Below are positions 9,464 through 18,255 of a stretch of 64,000 bases of DNA, one piece after another. The notes under the pieces are model-generated. The model did no database searches, had not been told where the DNA came from, and was given only the letters and a program-made list of their open reading frames with translations. The DNA is from an uncultured Planctomycetota bacterium. Lineage in GTDB: Bacteria > Planctomycetota > Phycisphaerae > Tepidisphaerales > Tepidisphaeraceae. The DNA lies in the NCBI GenBank assembly GCA_963841915.1, contig CAWJEN010000005.1, positions 192,001 to 256,000 on the forward strand. Direction: 5' to 3'. Position numbers and translations under genes: made by a program. Each line of letters opens with the position of its first letter. The stretch's first letter is position 1.

Positions 9464-12415
9464 GTGGTAGCGTCCGCTGCAATTCGCGCTGGTGAAGCGT
9501 TTGTTCTGCTGTACGCGGAGGACAAGCTAACGCCGGTGCTCGACCGGATCGAGGCGAGGCTGAAGGGCTTCGGCACCAACCTGCTCAAGACGAGTGCGGC
9601 GATCGGCGGCATCGGTGCCGGCGTGGCCATCGGTCTGGCCCCGGCGGTCAAGGCGGCCAGCGACCTGGCCGAGACGGATTCGAAGCTCGATCAGGTGTTT
9701 GGCGGCTCGGCACGTTCCGCTCGGCAGTGGGCCGACAACTTTGGTCGCGAGGTCGGACGGTCGCAGGCGTCGGTACGGGCGTTCCTGTCAGACGCGCAGG
9801 GCCTCATCGTGCCCATGGGCGTCGACGAGCAGGGAGCGGCGGAGATCAGCAAGACGATGACCCGCCTGGCGGTCGACCTGGCCAGCTTCAACAACACGAC
9901 CGACGAGTCGGCGTTTCTGGCACTTCGCAGCGGCATCACCGGCGAGAGCGAGCCGCTGAAGCGGTACGGCATCCTGCTGACGGAGGCGGCGACCAAGGCC
10001 AAGCTGCTCGAGCAGAACATCGACCCGAAGAACGCGACGAACGCGGAGAAGGTCTACGCCCGGCTCGCGATCATCACGGCAGCGACGTCGGCCGCTCAGG
10101 GTGATGCGACCCGCACGGCCGGGTCCATGGTCAACCAGGTCAAGGCGTTGTCGGCGGCCGGTTCCGACCTGGCGGCGACGATTGGTGAAGCGGTCATGCC
10201 CGTGGTGCTGCCGCTCATGCGGGCCCTGACGACCGGCGTCCGCACGGTGGCCGACTTTGCCAAGGAGCACGAGACGTTGGTGAAGGTGGTCGCGATCGCT
10301 GCCACGGTGGTGGTGGGACTGACGGCCGCAGCGGCCGCCCTGCTGGCGACGCTGGCCGCCGGCGTCGTGTTGCTCGGAACGATGATCGGCAGTCTGTTCA
10401 CGGTGGTGTCGGTGATCGGGATCATCATGGCACCGCTGGCGTCACTGGCGACGGCGATCGGCGTGGCCAAGATCGGGTTCACCGGGCTCTTGTTCGTCCT
10501 GAAGCTGTTGTCGCCGATCATCCTGCCGGCGGTCGCGGCCGTCGCATCCCTGGCGGCCGGGCTGGCGGTGGTGTACGTGCTGACGAGCGACATGAGTCTG
10601 GCGTTGAAGGGCGTTGCACTGGCGATCGGTCTGTGGATCGCCCCGCTGATCACGGTGGTGGCGCTGCTCGCTGTGCTGGCAAAGGCCGGCGGCGACTGGT
10701 TGTCTTCTGGTGTGGACACGGCGAAGCCGTCACAAACTGCCGCCGAGGATCTAGCGCGGCTCGAGGACAGCATTCGTGCTCGCGAGAAAGCCGTTGCTCG
10801 GCTCCGCGAGCTTGACGAGCTGGGGGCGGGCGGCGCGGCGGCGGCCGAGGCGGCTCCGCTTGTCGCAGCACTGTCCGAAGAGTTCGGCGACCTTGGCCTT
10901 CAAGTCGACGCGGCCACCGGCCGGATCAAGGGCCTGAGTGAAGCGCTCGACGCGATTGATGAGCGGAATCGGAACGAACGCCTCGATGCAACGAACGCCG
11001 CACTGCGACAGGCAACGGCGAATGCGAAGAAGTACGGCAAGGAGCTCGACTCGATCCGCGGCAGGTTCTTTGGTACCGGCGGAACGATGCTGACAGGTGG
11101 CGACGAGAACGTCGGCCGAGTCGACGACATTGCTATCGCGCTCGAGGAGGAAAACGCAAAGATTGATGAGCTGATGGCGAAGCGGGCCGATCTTCTCGGC
11201 AAGTACACCGCCACCAGCCGCAAGAAGGCGAAGGCCGACTATATCGCCGGGCTTCAAGATGTTACTGACGAGCGTCTGAAGTTTGCCGCCAGCATTGAAG
11301 ATCTGACGATCGAAGATCAGCAGCTCCGCGATCTAAAGGCGTACGTCGAGTCCCAGGAGATTCGGCTCGACGCGCTCGTCGACTATGCGGAGGGCGAAGG
11401 CAATGAGCTGGCCGTGCGACAGCTCCAGGACGAGCGCGTCCGCTTGTACCGCGAGGCCGAGGCACGCATGGTCGCAATCCATGCCGACGCCGAAGCCCAA
11501 CGTCGGGCGGAGGAACAAAAGCGGTTCGAGGAACAGGAACGGCTTGCCCGTCGGCAGGCGAGTCTTGTCGCCCGACTGTTCAGCTCGTTCAAGGTAGACG
11601 ATGTCATCGACATCGGCGAGGCGAGCAACCGCCGCGTCGCGTACGAGCTGCGGCCTTACCTCAACGATGACGAGCTGCAGGCCCTGCTCAACGACCTGGC
11701 CCGGCTCGGCGATTTCGAGACAAGCGGGCTTGCCAACATCGAAGAGCAGGCCGAGGCCGGGGTGAAGCCGGCCGACCTGGAACGCCGGCGGACGGCCTTG
11801 CTGGCCGAGGCCGAGAAACAGCGGGCGGCGATCCGCGACAAGTACACGGCCAGCTACCGCGATCGTGCCACCGAGGCAGAGGAGTACCTGCACCGACTTC
11901 GCATCAAGCTCGCCGACGCGTCGGGCGACACGGGCCAGGCGACGCAGCTGCGTGACGAGCTGGAACGGGCTCGCGTGGTCCGCGAGATCAACAAGATGTA
12001 CGGCGAAGGCTCCAAGCGTGCCGCCGACGCGCTCGAGCTGTTCGACGAAGCCGGCAGCTTGGCCCGAAGCCGCTCGGCCGACCAGCTCGAGACCGAGCTG
12101 CGGATCGACGTCGCCGAAGCCGGCGGCGACGGGGCATTGGCCAAGCGGCTACGTGACGAGCTGGCCGCGGCCGAGTTCGAGGTGAAGCTCAAGACCCTGG
12201 GCCTCGACGAGGATCGCGAGGAGCGTCTACGCGAGCTTCGCCGCCAGAGCGTCGAGGCGGTTCAGGAGAACGTCACGTCGGCCGGCATCTTCAACGTTCG
12301 GGCGATCCAGTCGCTCGTCGGCGGCGGGTATGAGCAGCAACTGCTCGATGAGACCAAACAGGTCGTGCGGAACACCCGCAAGATCGCAGACAAACCGGGA
12401 GTGACCTTCGCATGA
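9464..12415 (+). CDS. Tail tape measure protein
   Basis: 983 aa; AIRAGEAFV start, DLASFNN, GITGESEPLKRYGI, hydrophobic central segment, long helical repeats. Confidence 0.92.
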   Translation: MVASAAIRAGEAFVLLYAEDKLTPVLDRIEARLKGFGTNLLKTSAAIGGIGAGVAIGLAPAVKAASDLAETDSKLDQVFGGSARSARQWADNFGREVGRSQASVRAFLSDAQGLIVPMGVDEQGAAEISKTMTRLAVDLASFNNTTDESAFLALRSGITGESEPLKRYGILLTEAATKAKLLEQNIDPKNATNAEKVYARLAIITAATSAAQGDATRTAGSMVNQVKALSAAGSDLAATIGEAVMPVVLPLMRALTTGVRTVADFAKEHETLVKVVAIAATVVVGLTAAAAALLATLAAGVVLLGTMIGSLFTVVSVIGIIMAPLASLATAIGVAKIGFTGLLFVLKLLSPIILPAVAAVASLAAGLAVVYVLTSDMSLALKGVALAIGLWIAPLITVVALLAVLAKAGGDWLSSGVDTAKPSQTAAEDLARLEDSIRAREKAVARLRELDELGAGGAAAAEAAPLVAALSEEFGDLGLQVDAATGRIKGLSEALDAIDERNRNERLDATNAALRQATANAKKYGKELDSIRGRFFGTGGTMLTGGDENVGRVDDIAIALEEENAKIDELMAKRADLLGKYTATSRKKAKADYIAGLQDVTDERLKFAASIEDLTIEDQQLRDLKAYVESQEIRLDALVDYAEGEGNELAVRQLQDERVRLYREAEARMVAIHADAEAQRRAEEQKRFEEQERLARRQASLVARLFSSFKVDDVIDIGEASNRRVAYELRPYLNDDELQALLNDLARLGDFETSGLANIEEQAEAGVKPADLERRRTALLAEAEKQRAAIRDKYTASYRDRATEAEEYLHRLRIKLADASGDTGQATQLRDELERARVVREINKMYGEGSKRAADALELFDEAGSLARSRSADQLETELRIDVAEAGGDGALAKRLRDELAAAEFEVKLKTLGLDEDREERLRELRRQSVEAVQENVTSAGIFNVRAIQSLVGGGYEQQLLDETKQVVRNTRKIADKPGVTFA

Positions 12416-13230
12416 GCTTCCTCATCGATGAGCGGACGGGCAAGCGGCGGGCGACGGCGAGTTCGTCGACCCGCGAGTACGTCATCCGTCGCGACGACAA
12501 CAGCGGCACGCCGATCGACGTGTCCGAGTTCCTTGGTCCGCTCGAGGCCGAGCTGCCGACGACGGTCGATGGCCTTCCGTTCAACACCGACGCCCTCGAC
12601 CTCGAGGAGGCTGGCGATCGGCTTTGGTACGTCACCGCCGTTTGGGGCGAGCCGCCGATCGTCGCACTCGGCGAGGAGGAGACGTTCGGGTTCGACGTCA
12701 GCGGCCAGGGCGTGCGGTACACCCACAGCTTCGAGACGATGGGGCAGTACGGCAGCGAGCTGACCGACTACGGCCAGGCGATCAACGTCCGCGGCGAAGG
12801 GCCGGACCAGTCGATCGACGGGGCCGACGTCATCGTGCCGCAGGCCAGCTTCACACGGTCGATCCCCTTCTCTGTCGAGCGGGCCTTCAGCGACGGATGG
12901 TTCCGCCGCGTGTGCCTCGTGGTCGGCACGGTCAACTCTGTGGCCAGCCAGGGATTCGAGCCAGGCGAGTTGCTGCTGAATCGCATCGCCGGCCGGCAGA
13001 CGAGCTCGACTCAGTTCCGGGTCGACCTGGGCTTTGCGTTCAGCCCAAACGAGACAGGGCTTTCCGTGGGCTCGATCACCGTGCCGACGAAGCGTGGCTG
13101 GGACTATCTTTGGGTTCGCTCGACGTCAGAGGTGTCGGGCGGACAGATGGTCGTGACGCCGAAGCAGGTGAATATCGAGCGGGTGTATCGGTATGAAGAC
13201 TGGGCCGTGCTCGAGGAGAGTGGGCTGTGA
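12412..13230 (+). CDS. Putative tail tip/baseplate protein
   Basis: ATGA-coupled to tape measure, beta-rich; GTVNS..GF..GELL and KRGWDYLWV. Confidence 0.65.
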   Translation: MSFLIDERTGKRRATASSSTREYVIRRDDNSGTPIDVSEFLGPLEAELPTTVDGLPFNTDALDLEEAGDRLWYVTAVWGEPPIVALGEEETFGFDVSGQGVRYTHSFETMGQYGSELTDYGQAINVRGEGPDQSIDGADVIVPQASFTRSIPFSVERAFSDGWFRRVCLVVGTVNSVASQGFEPGELLLNRIAGRQTSSTQFRVDLGFAFSPNETGLSVGSITVPTKRGWDYLWVRSTSEVSGGQMVVTPKQVNIERVYRYEDWAVLEESGL

Positions 13231-13703
13231 GCTACGGCAAGGTCAGTCCTGGCCAGCCGCTCAGCATCCCGGCCGAGGCGTACAACGCGATGGTCGACGC
13301 TGCCGTTGCCCACCGCAAAGGCGACGGCAAGCACACCGGGTCCGAGCGTGGCAAGCGGTTCACCATCGACGCCCGGATCACGGGCCACGCGCGGGACGGA
13401 TCGAATTGGCGGTGGCGGTACGACTGGGAACAGGTCGTGCCCGACGGCGGTGACTTCGAGTACACGGCCGCCGGCTACACGTCGAGCGGCTACGGCCAGG
13501 CCCTCAACAGATTCGAAGCGATGAACGGTGCGAGCGGGCTGCTCGGCAACGGCGTCGACACAGCCAGCCTCGACGCCACGAGTATTGAGCCGCAGCCTTC
13601 GCCGAGCGGGCTAATCGTAGAGCTGACCTGGTCGGTCGGGCCGAACGGTTCCGGGCGGTGGCTGTTCAGCTACGCGACCGGCCTGAACGGAGCCTGCGAA
13701 TGA
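13227..13703 (+). CDS. Putative tail-associated protein
   Basis: GTGA-coupled ORF in tail operon. Confidence 0.6.
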   Translation: MSYGKVSPGQPLSIPAEAYNAMVDAAVAHRKGDGKHTGSERGKRFTIDARITGHARDGSNWRWRYDWEQVVPDGGDFEYTAAGYTSSGYGQALNRFEAMNGASGLLGNGVDTASLDATSIEPQPSPSGLIVELTWSVGPNGSGRWLFSYATGLNGACE

Positions 13704-14695
13704 GTGCGACCCTGCTACGACGCAGGTGCTGCTGCGGAGGCGTGGTGGGCTCCTGTGGCCAAGGATGCCCCGATGGCTCCAGCGACTGCGCGGCCGAAGA
13801 AATCGTACCGTTCTACCGCTATCTCATCCTTGACTGCGACGGCCAGTCGATCACAGACTCGACTGGCCGCCCCTATCTGGCCTGTCACCCGCAAGAGCTG
13901 GTGGACACGCAAGACATTTTCAAGCCCGGACTGCAGAAGTGCCCCCGCGTACCACAAGGTGCACAACCCCTCACCGATGCCGAGCTTGCGGACTTGGGCG
14001 CAGTGCGGTTCCTGAACAGCATTGATAGCTGTTGCCCCCGAAGCAGGTCTTATTCGCCGACCTCGACGTCAACCTACGGCCCGAGCAGTATCACAGTCTC
14101 TCTGCCGACGCTGCAAAACCCATTCGCCGGCAGCTATTCGCGCGGAAACACTGGTCCCTGCTACTTGTTTTCAGAGGTATCAGGCGAGTCGATTAGCGGC
14201 ACGTTTGATCTGCCCTACGGCCAGAGCGGCTACCTCTACGAAGGGCCAACGGAGCAACGCAGCTATGGCAGGTGGAAAATGCAGCCGGAGACTAACAGCA
14301 GCAGTCAGCGAGACTGCGTTGCGGTTCCATTTTCGCCGCGCACTCAAACAGAACATACCGAGGTGCGAGCGATCCTTAATTGGGGCACAACGAACGACGG
14401 CCAGTGTGGTGTTCGCATTACCGTAAGCGCTGTTCGTCGAGGCGGCTTCTACGGCGTTCCAAACGGTTCGTTCTTTCTTAGCGACGGCGGCGTTGACTTT
14501 GTGCCAGTTTCGCCCGGTGCGTGCTACCCAATGACGTTCACGCTGCCCTTCAGCACTGGAAAGTGGACCGCCGAACCCTACTTAGAATCAGGTGCCTGCT
14601 GTGATCCTCCCATCCCGGATAGTGCTCCCGACCTCATTAGGGTGACCGACCAGCAGGATTCGTGGGGATCTGCCACGGTGACACTGAACCCATGA
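13700..14695 (+). CDS. Cys-rich phage protein (possible receptor-binding/distal tail protein)
   Basis: ATGA-coupled; starts RRRCCCGG; many Cys; visibly more AT-rich than flanks. Confidence 0.6.
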   Translation: MSATLLRRRCCCGGVVGSCGQGCPDGSSDCAAEEIVPFYRYLILDCDGQSITDSTGRPYLACHPQELVDTQDIFKPGLQKCPRVPQGAQPLTDAELADLGAVRFLNSIDSCCPRSRSYSPTSTSTYGPSSITVSLPTLQNPFAGSYSRGNTGPCYLFSEVSGESISGTFDLPYGQSGYLYEGPTEQRSYGRWKMQPETNSSSQRDCVAVPFSPRTQTEHTEVRAILNWGTTNDGQCGVRITVSAVRRGGFYGVPNGSFFLSDGGVDFVPVSPGACYPMTFTLPFSTGKWTAEPYLESGACCDPPIPDSAPDLIRVTDQQDSWGSATVTLNP

Positions 14696-15069
14696 ATATC
14701 GACACGTGCCAAGTATGTCCTGAGCGGCGGCGCCCTTGCAGCGGTGCGTGCCCGTGCGGTGCCGACGAGCAGGGCCGCGACATCGGCGAGCTTGCCACCG
14801 CCGGCACCTGCCCATTGGGCAAGTTCGACCAGCCCGCCGAGCCGCAGCCGGTCAAGGTCAACGTCATCAAAGGCGTCGTCGGTCTGGCCAAGGCCGCCAC
14901 CGGCATCGACCGCGCCGGCGACGACACCATCGCCAGCCGCAAGGCGACGTGTGACGCCTGTCAGAAGCAAGGCCGCACGCTCGGCCTTGAGACGTGCGGC
15001 GTCTGCGGTTGCAGCCTTGCCGCCAAGCGACGCATCAAGTCGGAGGCGTGCCCGCTGGGCAAGTGGTAG
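14692..15069 (+). CDS. Small Cys-rich protein with two CPLGK(F/W) motifs
   Basis: ATGA-coupled; CQVC, CPLGKF, CDAC, CGVCGC, CPLGKW. Confidence 0.75.
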   Translation: MNIDTCQVCPERRRPCSGACPCGADEQGRDIGELATAGTCPLGKFDQPAEPQPVKVNVIKGVVGLAKAATGIDRAGDDTIASRKATCDACQKQGRTLGLETCGVCGCSLAAKRRIKSEACPLGKW

Positions 15070-15072
15070 CAT

Positions 15073-15465
15073 TTGGTCGTGCCCCGCCTGCTCCGAGACA
15101 CTGCCGTCGTCCTGTTCCTGCTCGCCGTCGGCTACGGCGGGTGGTGGCTGACGTACGGCCGGCACCTGCCGCGGGTCGAGCGGGACATGCTCGCCGCCGG
15201 CACGGCCGCGACGACGATCGAGCAGCAGTTTGCCCTGAAGTTCGACAGCAGTCATGCCGCGACGGATCACCTGAGGGACGGCCAGGCACCAATGGCCGGC
15301 ATTGGCAACGTCGACGGCGGCTACTACAGCGTGACGGGCACCGCGACGGGCGTGGACGAGCAAGACCGCGAGGCCATCATCGACTTCACCGGCGTCATAT
15401 TCATCTGCGAGATCGACGGCGAGCCGCAAGCGGCGATGATGGAGCTGAGGATCGAGCGGCGATGA
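15073..15465 (+). CDS. Hypothetical membrane-anchored protein
   Basis: N-terminal hydrophobic helix; ORF follows the late operon. Confidence 0.55.
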   Translation: MVVPRLLRDTAVVLFLLAVGYGGWWLTYGRHLPRVERDMLAAGTAATTIEQQFALKFDSSHAATDHLRDGQAPMAGIGNVDGGYYSVTGTATGVDEQDREAIIDFTGVIFICEIDGEPQAAMMELRIERR

Positions 15466-15482
15466 GGCGACTACGGGCCGCC

Positions 15483-16016
15483 CTACTCCCGCATTGCAAT
15501 CGTGGCCCTGATTACGCTCCCGCCGCCTGAAAGGCGCACCGCAAAGTCGCCCCGCACCATGGCTCCGAATCGGTTCTGCGCATCGACAGACCCGCTTACA
15601 ACCCATCGCGTATTGCCGACGTCGCGCACGCTGACATCTGAAAACTCTGCGGTCGAGGGCGAGCGGAGCTTGTTTAAGATGGCGGTTTTCGCAATCTCCT
15701 CAAATCGCTGTTCCTGAGTCGGCTCAGCTTCGGCGAAGTAGAAAGCGTTTATGTAGAAGAGTGGCAGGCAAACGATCACGATAGCCGCGCCGACGGCTGT
15801 TGCCAGCCGTCGGAATCCGCTAGCCGTGAATGCTGCATCTGGGTGCCGGCCAACTTCCTCAGTGGTGTGCCGAACCTCCGTCGCCGACTTCACCACCAAG
15901 CCACGACGATTCGCCCGTCGCGTCGCCTGTTCTTCGTCGTCGGCGTCGACGGTGACGACCCGATCATCGCCGGTTGATCGGTCCGCACCCGTTACCCGCC
16001 ATGTGTGCTTGCTCAT
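15483..16016 (-). CDS. Membrane protein co-transcribed with repressor (moron/immunity-like)
   Basis: Overlaps repressor stop (ATGA); one TM helix; LRSPSTAEF..VSGSVDAQNRFGAMVR domain. Confidence 0.75.
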   Translation of the reverse strand: MSKHTWRVTGADRSTGDDRVVTVDADDEEQATRRANRRGLVVKSATEVRHTTEEVGRHPDAAFTASGFRRLATAVGAAIVIVCLPLFYINAFYFAEAEPTQEQRFEEIAKTAILNKLRSPSTAEFSDVSVRDVGNTRWVVSGSVDAQNRFGAMVRGDFAVRLSGGGSVIRATIAMRE

Positions 16017-16705
16017 GCGTGATCCTGCTCGGCCTTGCCGTTCACCGGTCCGCCACTGAACGTCACCCGTGCCACGCGGCGCAGCTGCGACAGCGGAATA
16101 GGGAGCGGTGGGCGGGCCTCATGGTTGTCGCACGACAGCACCAGCACGGCGCGTCGCCCCGCACCGTCGATCGACTCCAGCCGCTTCAAGGTGCGGATGC
16201 CGGTCTGTGTTTCGATGACGACCACGCGGCCGACCACGTCATCAATCTTGTCCACGACCTTGGCGTAGACGAGCGAGCCGGGGCCGATGGTCGGCAGCAT
16301 GCAGTCGCCCTCCACCATCGCGGCGAAGTCGGCATCCACGCCTGGCGGCAAGCCCGCTGATTGTTGTTCCTCATCGTCGCGGACACGCTCACCATCGGCG
16401 GGAACGTGGACGAAGGGCACGGTGGTCTGGAACGGGGTCAGCTCGCCAAGGTTCTGCTCGCCTGCCCAAGGGTCGTCGGCCTCGCCACGGGCGGCTGCTA
16501 CAACAACATCGAGGTCGACATCAAGCGCCTCCGCGAGCGGCCTCCAATTGAGTTTCTTAAGAGACTTCGTGCGTCCCTTGAGCAGGTTTCGCAGCGCAGC
16601 GTCAGTGATGCCGACGCGGCGTGAGAACGAGCCGATGGTCTCGTCACTTCTGTCGAGCTTCATCTGTACGAGCTCGGCTTGATTCACGGTGAGATTCGTC
16701 AGCAT
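16013..16705 (-). CDS. Phage repressor (XRE HTH + S24-like peptidase domain)
   Basis: N-terminal HTH (FSRRVGITDAALRNLLKG); VEGDCM.P (Cys at the usual Ser position) and TLKRL; divergent from cro-like gene. Confidence 0.88.
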   Translation of the reverse strand: MLTNLTVNQAELVQMKLDRSDETIGSFSRRVGITDAALRNLLKGRTKSLKKLNWRPLAEALDVDLDVVVAAARGEADDPWAGEQNLGELTPFQTTVPFVHVPADGERVRDDEEQQSAGLPPGVDADFAAMVEGDCMLPTIGPGSLVYAKVVDKIDDVVGRVVVIETQTGIRTLKRLESIDGAGRRAVLVLSCDNHEARPPLPIPLSQLRRVARVTFSGGPVNGKAEQDHA

Positions 16706-16744
16706 CGACGGTACACGTTGTATCCGTTTCGACCGTCAGTCAAA

Positions 16745-16793
16745 CGTCAAAATGGTTATGATGATTGACGGACGCAAAGATGGGCATTATGTT
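16745..16793 (+). promoter_or_regulatory. Rightward early promoter and candidate operator
   Basis: TTGACG(16765-16770)-17 bp-TATGTT(16788-16793), 8 nt before ATG 16802; inverted repeat CGTCAA-14-TTGACG overlaps the -35. Confidence 0.65.
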
Positions 16794-16801
16794 GCCGTCA
16801 C

Positions 16802-17053
16802 ATGTCCGTCACAACCGACACGATTATCTACACGGCCGGAGAGGTCGCGAGGCACCTGAAGGTTGCTCCTCGAACGGCCTGCAGGCTGATTGACGACGGC
16901 AAGCTGAAGGGGTATCGGCTGCCCACCGGCGGTCGTGACCGTCGCGTTTCGCACGAGTCCCTCGTGGCGTTCATCCGCGAGCACGGCATGCCCGAGAGCA
17001 TGATCCCGCAGCCGGCCGCTGAGAAAACCGAGCCCGCCCACGCGGCCGCCTGA
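16802..17053 (+). CDS. Cro/excisionase-like HTH protein
   Basis: YTAGEVARHLKVAPRTACRLIDDGKLKGYRLP..DRRV, HTH_17-type pattern. Confidence 0.85.
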   Translation: MSVTTDTIIYTAGEVARHLKVAPRTACRLIDDGKLKGYRLPTGGRDRRVSHESLVAFIREHGMPESMIPQPAAEKTEPAHAAA

Positions 17054-17128
17054 GCCCCCACCCGGCCCGTCGTCGCGCCACTGCGGCGGCGGGTCTTTCG
17101 GCCGCCTGAGCCCATCACCCGACACGCC

Positions 17129-17341
17129 ATGACCGAGGCCCTTTTCACAGTCGTCTTCCTGCTGACGTGGTCCCTGCTGCTCATCGCCCAGGTCCGGGAC
17201 AACCGCCGCAGCCGACGCAAGCTCCGCGACAGCGACCGCCTCTTGCGGCGGGCAACACGGCATTACAGCGACGCCCGCAAGTGCCTCGAGCGCAGCAGTC
17301 AGCACCACATCCACGAGCTGCGCGAGCCGTCGCTCAACTGA
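17129..17341 (+). CDS. Small hypothetical membrane protein
   Basis: 70 aa, hydrophobic N-terminus, in early operon. Confidence 0.45.
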   Translation: MTEALFTVVFLLTWSLLLIAQVRDNRRSRRKLRDSDRLLRRATRHYSDARKCLERSSQHHIHELREPSLN

Positions 17342-17406
17342 TCCACCCCACCCACCAAAAAGCCCGCCGCGGCAGCAACCGCAGGCGGGCAGAAGGAAAC
17401 AAGCGA

Positions 17407-18255
17407 ATGCACGATAGCACAACACCACAATCAGCAACGCCGTCAAAGATCGACCTCCGCGAGGGAGAGGTACTCGTCCTGCGGACGTGCAAGCCGGACG
17501 GCAAAAGCCGCTGCGACTTTCAATGGCCCATGAGCGGAGAGGTGAGCTGCCCGGATTGGCTGCCAACCTCAAAGTGCGGAAACGGCTTGCACGGCCTGCT
17601 TCGGGGGGTGGGAGACGCCGGATACCTCGACCCGTTCCCAGGCCGGGAGGTCGGGTATGTCGCCATGCTCGTCGTCGTGCACGAGTCGGACATCGTGGAC
17701 CTGGGGGAGAAGGTGAAGTTTTCACGAGGTCGCGTCGTCTTTGCCGGGACAATCCATGACGCGGCTGCAATTCTCAAAGCCCATTATCCTGCGTCGCCCA
17801 TTGTCTTCGGCACGGCCACCGCCGGCGACAGCGGCACGGCCACCGCCGGCGACAGGGGCACGGCCACCGCCGGCTACAGCGGCACGGCCACCGCCGGCTA
17901 CAGGGGCACGGCCACCGCCGGCGACAGCGGCACGGCCACCGCCGGCGACAGGGGCACGGCCACCGCCGGCTACAGGGGCACGGCCACCGCCGGCGACAGC
18001 GGCACGGCCACCGCCGGCGACAGGGGCACGGCCACCGCCGGCTACAGGGGCACGGCCACCGCCGGCGACAGCGGCACGGCCACCGCCGGCAAAGAGGGTG
18101 CTCTCGTCGTGGAGTGGTACGACCAGAAGCACGGCTGCTACCGCCGCGCAGTCGGGCACGTTGACGGAGAAAAGCTGCTCCCGGGCACGCCCTACCGCGT
18201 CACTGACGTTGGTGAGTTCGTCGCCGTCAAGGAAAGCGGGGCCCGTAGTGAATAG
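17407..18255 (+). CDS. Phage protein with octapeptide GTATAG(D/Y)(S/R) repeats
   Basis: SD-like GAAGGA upstream; FQWP..G..CPDW..CGNGLHG N-domain, 12 repeats, C-terminal PGTPYRV. Confidence 0.8.
   Translation: MHDSTTPQSATPSKIDLREGEVLVLRTCKPDGKSRCDFQWPMSGEVSCPDWLPTSKCGNGLHGLLRGVGDAGYLDPFPGREVGYVAMLVVVHESDIVDLGEKVKFSRGRVVFAGTIHDAAAILKAHYPASPIVFGTATAGDSGTATAGDRGTATAGYSGTATAGYRGTATAGDSGTATAGDRGTATAGYRGTATAGDSGTATAGDRGTATAGYRGTATAGDSGTATAGKEGALVVEWYDQKHGCYRRAVGHVDGEKLLPGTPYRVTDVGEFVAVKESGARSE
17809..18090 (+). repeat. 24-bp tandem repeat, 11 full units plus a partial unit
   Basis: GGCACGGCCACCGCCGGC(G/T)ACAG(C/G) units. Confidence 0.97.

Noticed and set aside
17809..18090. Diversity-generating retroelement TR/VR pair
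   Set aside because: Simple tandem repeat with G/T and C/G variation, not adenine-specific; no reverse transcriptase in the window.
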